A DNA stretch of 64,000 nucleotides from the human T2T-CHM13v2.0 reference genome, Homo sapiens. Under the pieces are notes generated by a model. That model was not told the origin of the DNA and searched no databases. It worked only from the letters and a program-made list of their open reading frames with translations. Below, in pieces: positions 13,421-25,600 of the stretch (its first letter is position 1; the number at the start of each line of letters is the position of its first letter). Location of the stretch: NCBI RefSeq assembly GCF_009914755.1, contig NC_060948.1. One strand, 5' to 3'. Both the position numbers and the translations under genes were made by a program.

Positions 13421-16039
13421 ATGGAATGGAATGGAATGGAATGGAATGCCCTTGAATTAAATGGACTGGAATGGAATGGACTCAAACAGAGTGGAATGGA
13501 AAGTGTGGAGATAGAATGGAATGAACTCCTTTGGAATGGTGTAGTATGCAATGCAATCGACTGGCAGGGAATCAAAAGGAATGTAATCGAATGGATTGGA
13601 CTGGAATGCAATGGACTCGAATAGATTGGAAACGGAATGCAAAGGAATGGAATGGAATAGTATGGAATGCAATGGAAGGGAATGGAGTGGAATAGACTAG
13701 AGTGGAATGGAATGGACTGGAAAGCAATGGACTGGAATGGAACTTTCTTGGATGGACTGGAATCAAACGGAATGGAATGCAATGCAATCAAATGGCATGG
13801 AATAAAATAGAATGAAAGAGAATCAAATGGAATTGAATCGAATGGAATCGAATGGATTGGAAAGGAATAGAATGGAATGGAATGGAATTGACTCAAATGG
13901 AATGGACTAGAATGGAATGGATTCGAATGGAAGGCAAAGGAATGGAATCTATTGGAATGGACTGTAATGGAATGGAATGGAAGGGATTGGAATGGACTCG
14001 AATGGAATGGACTGCAATAGAAAGGATTCGAATGGAATGAAAAAGAATTGAATGGAATAGAACAGAATGGAATCAAATCGAATGAAATGGAATGGAATAG
14101 AAAGGAATGGAATGAAATGGAATGGAAAGGATTCGAATGGAATGCAATCGAATGGAATGGAATCGAACGGAATGGAATAAAATGGAAGAAAACTGGCAAG
14201 AAATGGAATCGAAATGAATGGAGTGTTATGGAACGGACTCAAAAGGAATTGAATGTAACAGAATGGAGTGGAGTGGACTCGAATATAATGGACTGGAATG
14301 GAATGAAATCACATGGAATGGGAACGAATGGAATGGAATGGAAAGGAATGGAATCGAATGGAAAGGAATCGAATGGAAGGGAATGAAATTGAATCAACAG
14401 GAATGGAAGGGAATAGAATAGACTGTAATGGAATGGACTCGAATAGAATGGACACGAATGCTCAAATTAAATGGACTCGAATGGAATGGAAACGAAAGGA
14501 ATGTCATCGAATGGAATTGAATCGATTGGAATGAAATCGCATAGAATGGAGTGGAATCAAATGGAATTGAATCGAAAGGAAAGGAAGCGAATGGACTGAA
14601 ATGAAATGGAATGGAATTGAATGGAAAGTAATGCAATGGAATAGAATGGAACGAAATTTCACGGAATGGAATCAAACTGAATGGAATCAAATCAATGGAA
14701 TCAAATCAAATGGAATGGAAAGGAATTGAATGGAGTAGATGGGATTGGATGGGATTGGAATGAAATGTACTGGAAAGGACTCGAATTTCATGAAACGGAA
14801 TGGAATGAATTGGAACGGAATGGACTCGAATGGAATGGAATGTCATGGGATGGCATCAAATGTAATGGCATCAAATGGAATGGAATCGAATGCAATGGAA
14901 TGCTATGGAATGGAATGGAATGCATTGGAATGGAATGTCCTCTAATGGAATGGATTCGAGTGGAATGGAATCGAATATAATGGAGTCGAATGAAATGGAA
15001 TTGAAAGGAATGGGATCGAATACAATGGAATATACTGGAATGTAACGTAATGAACTCGAATGTAATTGACTGGAATGGAATGTACATGAATGGAATGTAA
15101 TCGAATGGAAAGTAATCGAATGGAATAGAATCTAATGCAATAAAATCGACTCAGATAGAGTAGAATGTAATGGAATGGAGTGCAGTGCAATGGAATGGAA
15201 TGGAATGGAATGCAATGGAATGGAATGGGCTGGAATGGAAAGGAATCGAAACGAATGGAATGGAATCGAACTGAAGAGACTGGAATGGAATGCACTGGAA
15301 TGGAAGGGAGTGTAATGGAAGGTTCTCGAAAAAAATGGAATCGAATGGAATGGAATTGAATGGAACGGAATAGAGTCGAATGGAATTGAATGGAATGGAA
15401 TGGACTAGAGTGAAATGGAATCGAACCACAAGGAATGGACAGGAATAGAATGGTCTCGAATTGAATGGAATCGTATGGAATGGCATCAAACGGAATGGAA
15501 TGGACAGCCACGGAATGGAATGCACTCGAATGCAATGGAGTCGAAACTAATGGACTGGAATAGAATGGACTCGACTGGTACGGACTCCAATGGAATGGAA
15601 TCGAATGGAAGGGAATCGAACGGAAGGGAATCGAACGGAATGGACTCGAAGGGAAAAGACTGCAATGGAAAGGTCTCGAATGGAATGGAAATTAATGGAA
15701 TGGAATGGAATCGAATGAAATGGAGTCAAAAGGAATCGAATCGAATGGCAAGAAATCGAATGTAATGGAATCGCCAGGAATTGATGTGAACGGAACGGAA
15801 TGGAATGGAATCCAAAGGAATGGAATAGAATGGAATGGAATCGAATGGAAAGGACTCGAATGGAAATCACTCGAATAGAATGCAATTTAATAAAATAGGA
15901 TCAAATGTAATGGAATGGAATGGAAAGGAATCGAAACGAAAGGAATGGAGACAGATGGAATGGAATGGAACAGAGAGCAATGGTATAGAATGGAATGGAA
16001 TCATCTGGAATGGAATTGAATGGAATGGAATAATATGAA
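13421..16039 (+). repeat. Truncated monomer, 2,619 bp (970-bp internal deletion), copy 2
   Basis: Period 2,619 (13421->16040; 14048->16667). Same junction at 15207-15228. Confidence 0.93.
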
Positions 16040-19000
16040 ATGGAATGGAATGGAATGGAATGGAATGCCCTTGAATTAAATGGACTGGAATGGAATGGAC
16101 TCAAACAGAGTGGAATGGAAAGTGTGGAGATAGAATGGAATGAACTCCTTTGGAATGGTGTAGTATGCAATGCAATAGACTGGCAGGGAATCAAAAGGAA
16201 TGTAATCGAATGGATTGGACTGGAATGCAATGGACTCGAATAGATTGGAAACGGAATGCAAAGGAATGGAATGGAATAGTATGGAATGCAATGGAAGGGA
16301 ATGGAGTGGAATAGACTAGAGTGGAATGGAATGGACTGGAAAGCAATGGACTGGAATGGAACTTTCTTGGATGGACTGGAATCAAACGGAATGGAATGCA
16401 ATGCAGTCAAATGGCATGGAATAAAATAGAATGAAAGAGAATCAAATGGAATTGAATCGAATGGAATCGAATGGATTGGAAAGGAATAGAATGGAATGGA
16501 ATGGAATTGACTCAAATGGAATGGACTAGATTGGAATGGATTCGAATGGAAGGCAAAGGAATGGAATCTATTGGAATGGACTGTAATGGAATGGAATGGA
16601 AGGGATTGGAATGGACTCGAATGGAATGGACTGCAATAGAAAGGATTCGAATGGAATGAAAAAGAATTGAATGGAATAGAACAGAATGGAATCAAATCGA
16701 ATGAAATGGAATGGAATAGAAAGGAATGGAATGAAATGGAATGGAAAGGATTCGAATGGAATGCAATCGAATGGAATGGAATCGAACGGAATGGAATAAA
16801 ATGGAAGAAAACTGGCAAGAAATGGAATCGAAATGAATGGAGTGTTATGGAACGGACTCAAAAGGAATTGAATGTAACAGAATGGAGTGGAGTGGACTCG
16901 AATATAATGGACTGGAATGGAATGAAATCACATGGAATGGGAACGAATGGAATGGAATGGAAAGGAATGGAATCGAATGGAAAGGAATCGAATGGAAGGG
17001 AATGAAATTGAATCAACAGGAATGGAAGGGAATAGAATAGACGGTAATGGAATGGACTCGAATAGAATGGACACGAATGCTCAAATTAAATGGACTCGAA
17101 TGGAATGGAAACGAAAGGAATGTCATCGAATGGAATTGAATCGATTGCAATGAAATCGCATAGAATGGAGTGGAATCAAATGGAATTGAATCGAAAGGAA
17201 AGGAAGCGAATGGACTGAAATGAAATGGAATGGAATTGAATGGAAAGTAATGCAATGGAATAGAATGGAACGAAATTTCACGGAATGGAATCAAACTGAA
17301 TGGAATCAAATCAATGGAATCAAATCAAATGGAATGGAAAGGAATTGAATGGAGTAGATGGGATTGGATGGGATTGGAATGAAATGTACTGGAAAGGACT
17401 CGAATTTCATGAAACGGAATGGAATGAATTGGAACGGAATGGACTCGAATGGAATGGAATGTCATGGGATGGCATCAAATGTAATGGCATCAAATGGAAT
17501 GGAATCGAATGCAATGGAATGCTATGGAATGGAATGGAATGCATTGGAATGGAATGTCCTCTAATGGAATGGATTCGAGTGGAATGGAATTGAATATAAT
17601 GGAGTCGAATGAAATGGAATTGAAAGGAATGGGATCGAATACAATGGAATATACTGGAATGTAACGTTATGAACTCGAATGTAATTGACTGGAATGGAAT
17701 GTACATGAATGGAATGTAATCGAATGGAAAGTAATCCAATGGAATAGAATCTAATGCAATAAAATCGACTCAGATAGAGTAGAATGTAATGGAATGGAGT
17801 GCAGTGCAATGGAATGGAATGGAATGGAATGCAATGGAATGGAATGGAATGGAATGGAATGGAATGGAATGGAATGGAATGGAATGGGATGGAATGGTAT
17901 GGAATGGATAGTAATGGACTGGAGTGAAATGGACTGGAAAGGAATGGACTCAAATTGAAAGGGCTCGAAAGGAATGGAGTCAAATGGAATGGTCTGGAAT
18001 GGAATGAACACGAATGTAATGCAACCCAATAGAATGGAATCGAATGGCATGGAATATAAAGAAATGGAATCGAAGAGAATGGAAACAAATGGAATGGAAT
18101 TGAATGGAATGGAATTGAATGGAATGGGAACGAATGGAGGGAAATTGTATGCAGTAGAAGAGAATAGAATGGAATGCAAGCGAAAGGAAAGGAATGGATT
18201 GGAATGGAATGGAATTCATTGGAATGGAAGGGAATGTAGTGTAATGGACAGGCCTGGAATAAAGTGGAATGCTACGGTCTCGAATGGAATAAAAATACAT
18301 GGAATGGAATGCAATGAAACGGAATCGAATGTCATAGAATGTAATGGAATGCAAAAAAATGGAATCCAAAATCATTGACTGGAAAGTCTGGGAGTCGAAA
18401 GGAATTGACTCCAATGGAATGGAATCGAATGGAATGGAAGTGAATAGAATCGAACTAAATCGAATGGAATGGAATTGATAGGAACGGAATGGAAAGGAAT
18501 GCAATGATTTGGCATGGAATGGAATCGAATGGCATCGAATGGAATGGAATGGAATGCAATGGAATGGAATGTATTAGAATGTAATGAACTTTAATGGAAT
18601 GTACTCGAATGGATTCGACTGGAATGGAATGTTCTGGAAGTGAATGGACTCCAATGGAATGGATTCAAAAGGAATGGAATCGTACGGAATGGAATCTAAT
18701 GGAATGGAATTAAATGGAAATGAATCAAATTGAATAGCACGGAATTAAATTGAATGGAATCGAATGCAATGGAATCTAATGAAACGGAAAGGAAAGGAAT
18801 GCAATGGAATGGAATGGGCTGGAATGGAAAGGAATCGAAACGAATGGAATGGAATCGAACTGAAGAGACTGGAATGGAATGCACTGGAATGGAAGGGAGT
18901 GTAATGGAAGGTTCTCGAAAAAAATGGAATCGAATGGAATGGAATTGAATGGAACGGAATAGAGTCGAATGGAATTGAATGGAATGGAATGGACTAGAGT

Positions 19001-19628
19001 GAAATGGAATCGAACCACAAGGAATGGACAGGAATAGAATGGTCTCGAATTGAATGGAATCGTATGGAATGGCATCAAACGGAATGGAATGGACAGCCAC
19101 GGAATGGAATGCACTCGAATGCAATGGAGTCGAAACTAATGGACTGGAATAGAATGGACTCGACTGGTACGGACTCCAATGGAATGGAATCGAATGGAAG
19201 GGAATCGAACGGAAGGGAATCGAACGGAATGGACTCGAAGGGAAAAGACTGCAATGGAAAGGTCTCGAATGGAATGGAAATTAATGGAATGGAATGGAAT
19301 CGAATGAAATGGAGTCAAAAGGAATCGAATCGAATGGCAAGAAATCGAATGTAATGGAATCGCCAGGAATTGTTGTGAACGGAACGGAATGGAATAGAAT
19401 CCAAAGGAATGGAATAGAATGGAATGGAATCGAATGGAAAGGACTCGAATGGAAATCACTCGAATAGAATGCAATTTAATAAAATAGGATCAAATGTAAT
19501 GGAATGGAATGGAAAGGAATCGAAACGAAAGGAATGGAGACAGATGGAATGGAATGGAACAGAGAGCAATGGTATAGAATGGAATGGAATCATCTGGAAT
19601 GGAATTGAATGGAATGGAATAATATGAA
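16040..19628 (+). repeat. Full-length monomer, 3,589 bp (unit 6; closest relative of the truncated units)
   Basis: Landmark 16040->19629; AGGCCT at 18250; shares aatgtaacag, caaatgtaatggc and aaggaatcgaatcg alleles with the truncated copies. Confidence 0.9.
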
Positions 19629-22600
19629 ATGGAATGGAATGGAATGGAATGGAATGCCCTTGAATTAAATGGACTGGAATGGAATGGACTCAAACAGACT
19701 GGAATGGAAAGTGTGGAGATAGAATGGAATGAACTCCTTTGGAATGGTGTAGTATGCAATGCAATAGACTGGCAGGGAATCAAAAGGAATGTAATCGAAT
19801 GGATTGGACTGGAATGCAATGGACTCGAATAGATTGGAAACGGAATGCAAAGGAATGGAATGGAATAGTATGGAATGCAATGGAAGGGAATGGAGTGGAA
19901 TAGACTAGAGTGGAATGGAATGGACTGGAAAGCAATGCACTGGAATGGAACTTTCTTGGATGGACTGGAATCAAACGGAATGGAATGCAATGCAATCAAA
20001 TGGCATGGAATAAAATAGAATGAAAGAGAATCAAATGGAATTGAATCGAATGGAATCGAATGGATTGGAAAGGAATAGAATGGAATGGAATGGAATTGAC
20101 TCAAATGGAATGGACTAGAATGGAATGGATTCGAATGGAAGGCAAAGGAATGGAATCTATTGGAATGGACTGTAATGGAATGGAATGGAAGGGATTGGAA
20201 TGGACTCGAATGGAATGGACTGCAATAGAAAGGATTCGAATGGAATGAAAAAGAATTGAATGGAATAGAACAGAATGGAATCAAATCGAATGAAATGGAA
20301 TGGAATAGAAAGGAATGGAATGAAATGCAATGGAAAGGATTCGAATGGAATGCAATCGAATGGAATGGAATCGAACGGAATGGAATAAAATGGAAGAAAA
20401 CTGGCAAGAAATGGAATCGAAATGAATGGAGTGTTATGGAACGGACTCAAAAGGAATTGAATGTAACAGAATGGAGTGGAGTGGACTCGAATATAATGGA
20501 CTGGAATGGAATGAAATCACATGGAATGGGAACGAATGGAATGGAATGGAAAGGAATGGAATCGAATGGAAAGGAATCGAATGGAAGGGAATGAAATTGA
20601 ATCAACAGGAATGGAAGGGAATAGAATAGACTGTAATGGAATGGACTCGAATAGAATGGACACGAATGCTCAAATTAAATGGACTCGAATGGAATGGAAA
20701 CGAAAGGAATGTCATCGAATGGAATTGAATCGATTGGAATGAAATCGCATAGAATGGAGTGGAATCAAATGGAATTGAATCGAAAGGAAAGGAAGCGAAT
20801 GGACTGAAATGAAATGGAATGGAATTGAATGGAAAGTAATGCAATGGAATAGAATGGAACGAAATTTCACGGAATGGAATCAAACTGAATGGAATCAAAT
20901 CAATGGAATCAAATCAAATGGAATGGAAAGGAATTGAATGGAGTAGATGGGATTGGATGGGATTGGAATGAAATGTACTGGAAAGGACTCGAATTTCATG
21001 AAACGGAATGGAATGAATTGGAACGGAATGGACTCGAATGGAATGGAATGTCATGGGATGGCATCAAATGTAATGGTATCAAATGGAATGGAATCGAATG
21101 CAATGGAATGCTATGGAATGGAATGGAATGCATTGGAATGGAATGTCCTCTAATGGAATGGATTCGAGTGGAATGGAATTGAATATAATGGAGTCGAATG
21201 AAATGGAATTGAAAGGAATGGGATCGAATACAATGGAATATACTGGAATGTAACGTAATGAACTCGAATGTAATTAACTGGAATGGAATGTACATGAATG
21301 GAATGTAATCGAATGGAAAGTAATCCAATGGAATAGAATCTAATGCAATAAAATCGACTCAGATAGAGTAGAATGTAATGGAATGGAGTGCAGTGAAATG
21401 GAATGGAATGGAATGGAATGCAATGGAATGGAATGGAATGGAATGGAATGGAATGGAATGGAATGGAATGGGATGGAATGGTATGGAATGGATAGTAATG
21501 GACTGGAGTGAAATGGACTGGAAAGGAATGGACTCAAATTGAAAGGGCTCGAAAGGAATGGAGTCAAATGGAATGGTCTGGAATGGAATGAACACGAATG
21601 TAATGCAACCCAATAGAATGGAATCGAATGGCATGGAATATAAAGAAATGGAATCGAAGAGAATGGAAACAAATGGAATGGAATTGAATGGAATGGGAAC
21701 GAATGGAGTGAAATTGTATGCAGTAGAAGAGAATAGAATGGAATGCAAGCGAAAGGAAAGGAATGGATTGGAATGGAATGGAATTCATTGGAATGGAAGG
21801 GAATGTAGTGTAATGGACAGGCCTGGAATAAAGTGGAATGCTACGGTCTCGAATGGAATAAAAATGTATGGAATGGAATGCAATGAAACGGAATCGAATG
21901 TCATAGAATGTAATGGAATGCAAAAAAATGGAATCCAAAATCATTGACTGGAAAGGCTGGGTGTCGAAAGGAATTGACTCCAATGGAATGGAATCGAATG
22001 GAATGGAAGTGAATAGAATCGAACTAAATCGAATGGAATGGAATTGATAGGAATGGAATGGAAAGGAATGCAATGATTTGCCATGGAATGGAATCGAATG
22101 GCATCGAATGGAATGGAATGGAATGCAATGGAATGGAATGTATTAGAATGTAATGAACTTTAATGGAATGTACTCGAATGGATTCGACTGGAATGGAAAG
22201 TTCTGGAAGTGAATGGACTCCAATGGAATGGCTTCAAAAGGAATGGAATCGTACGGAATGGAATCTAATGGAATGGAATTAAATGGAAATGAATCAAATT
22301 GAATAGCACGGAATTGAATTGAATGGAATCGAATGCAATGGAATCTAATGAAACGGAAAGGAAAGGAATGGAATGGAATGGAATGGGCTGGAATGGAAAG
22401 GAATCGAAACGAATGGAATGGAATCGAACTGAAGAGACTGGAATGGAATGCACTGGAATGGAAGGGAGTGTAATGGAAGGTTCTCGAAAAAAATGGAATC
22501 GAATGGAATGGAATTGAATGGAACGGAATGGAGTTGAATGGAATTGAATGGAATGGAATGGACTAGAGTGAAATGGAAACGAACCACAAGGAATGGACAG

Positions 22601-25600
22601 GAATAGAATGGTCTCGAATTGAATGGAATCGTATGGAATGGCATCAAACGGAATGGAATGGACAGCCACGGAATGGAATGCACTCGAATGCAATGGAGTC
22701 GAAACTAACGGACTGGAATAGAATGGACTCGACTGGTACGGACTCCAATGGAATGGAATCGAATGGAAGGGAATCGAACGGAAGGGAATCGAACGGAATG
22801 GACTCGAAGGGAAAAGACTGCAATGGAAAGGTCTCGAATGGAATGGAAATTAATGGAATGGAATGGAGTCGAATGAAATGGAGTCAAAAGGAATGGAATC
22901 GAATGGCAAGAAATCGAATGTAATGGAATCGCAAGGAATTGATGTGAACGGAACGGAATGGAATGGAATCCAAAGGAATGGAATAGAATGGAATGGAATC
23001 GAATGGAAAGGACTCGAATGGAAATCACTCGAATAGAATGCAATTTAATAAAATAGGATCAAATGTAATGGAATGGAATGGAAATGAATCGAAACGAAAG
23101 GAATGGAGACAGATGGAATGGAATGGAACAGAGAGCAATGGTATAGAATGGAATGGAATCATCTGGAATGGAATTGAATGGAATGGAATAATATGAAATG
23201 GAATGGAATGGAATGGAATGGAATGCCCTTGAATTAAATGGACTGGAATGGAATGGACTCAAACAGAGTGGAATGGAAAGTGTGGAGATAGAATGGAATG
23301 AACTCCTTTGGAATGGTCTAGTGGGCAATGCAATCGACTGGCAGGGAATCAAAAGGAATGTAATCGAATGGATTGGACTGGAATGCAATGGACTCGAATA
23401 GATTGGAAACGGAATGCAAAGAATGGAATGGAATAGTATGGAATGGAATGGAAAGGAATGGAGTGGAACAGACTAGAGTGGAATGGAATGGACTGGAAAG
23501 CAATGGACTGGAATGGAACTTTCTTGAATGGACTGGAATCAAACGGAATGGAATGCAATGCAATCAAATGGCATGGAATAAAATAGAATGAAAGAGAATC
23601 AAATGGAATTGAATCGAATGGAATCGAATGGATTGGAAAGGAATAGAATGGAATGGAATGGAATTGACTCAAATGGAATGGACTAGAATGGAATGGATTC
23701 GAATGGAAGGCAAAGGAATGGAATCTATTGGAATGGACTGTAATGGAATGGAATGGAAGGGATTGGAATGGACTCGAATGGAATGGACTGCAATAGAAAG
23801 GATTCGAATGGAATGAAAAAGAATTGAATGGAATAGAACAGAATGGAATCAAATCGAATGAAATGGAATGGAATAGAAAGGAATGGAATGAAATGGAATG
23901 GAAAGGATTCGAATGGAATGCAATCGAATGGAATGGAATCGAACGGAATGGAATAAAATGGAAGAAAACTGGCAAGAAATGGAATCGAAATGAATGGAGT
24001 GTTATGGAACGGACTCAAAAGGAATTGAATGTAATAGAATGGAGTGGAGTGGACTCGAATATAATGGACTGGAATGGAATGAAATCACATGGAATGGGAA
24101 CGAATGGAATGGAATGGAAAGGAATGGAATCGAATGGAAAGGAATCGAATGGAAGGGAATGAAATTGAATCAACAGGAATGGAAGGGAATAGAATAGACT
24201 GTAATGGAATGGACTCGAATAGAATGGACACGAATGCTCAAATTAAATGGACTCGAATGGAATGGAAACGAAAGGAATGTCATCGAATGGAATTGAATCG
24301 ATTGGAATGAAATCGCATAGAATGGAGTGGAATCAAATGGAATTGAATCGAAAGGAAAGGAAGCGAATGGACTGAAATGAAATGGAATGGAATTGAATGG
24401 AAAGTAATGCAATGGAATAGAATGGAACGAAATTTCACGGAATGGAATCAAACTGAATGGAATCAAATCAATGGAATCAAATCAAATGGAATGGAAAGGA
24501 ATTGAATGGAGTAGATGGGATTGGATGGGATTGGAATGAAATGTACTGGAAAGGACTCGAATTTCATGAAACGGAATGGAATGAATTGGAACGGAATGGA
24601 CTCGAATGGAATGGAATGTCATGGGATGGCATCAAATGGAATGGCATCAAATGGAATGGAATCGAATGCAATGGAATGCTATGGAATGGAATGGAATGCA
24701 TTGGAATGGAATGTCCTCTAATGGAATGGATTCGAGTGGAATGGAATTGAATATAATGGAGTCGAATGAAATGGAATTGAAAGGAATGGGATCGAATACA
24801 ATGGAATATACTGGAATGTAACGTAATGAACTCGAATGTAATTGACTGGAATGGAATGTACATGAATGGAATGTAATCGAATGGAAAGTAATCCAATGGA
24901 ATAGAATCTAATGCAATAAAATCGACTCAGATAGAGTAGAATGTAATGGAATGGAGTGCAGTGCAATGGAATGGAATGGAATGGAATGCAATGGAATGGA
25001 ATGGAATGGAATGGAATGGAATGGAATGGAACGGAATGGAATGGGATGGAATGGTATGGAATGGATAGTAATGGACTGGAGTGAAATGGACTGGAAAGGA
25101 ATGGACTCAAATTGAAAGGGCTCGAAAGGAATGGAGTCAAATGGAATGGTCTGGAATGGAATGAACACGAATGTAATGCAACCCAATAGAATGGAATCGA
25201 ATGGCATGGAATATAAAGAAATGGAATCGAAGAGAATGGAAACAAATGGAATGGAATTGAATGGAATGGGAACGAATGGAGTGAAATTGTATGCAGTAGA
25301 AGAGAATAGAATGGAATGCAAGCGAAAGGAAAGGAATGCATTGGAATGGAATGGAATTCATTGGAATGGAAGGGAATGTAGTGTAATGGACAGGCCTGGA
25401 ATAAAGTGGAATGCTACGGTCTCGAATGGAATAAAAATGTATGGAATGGAATGCAATGAAACGGAATCGAATGTCATAGAATGTAATGGAATGCAAAAAA
25501 ATGGAATCCAAAATCATTGACTGGAAAGGCTGGGTGTCGAAAGGAATTGACTCCAATGGAATGGAATCGAATGGAATGGAAGTGAATAGAATCGAACTAA

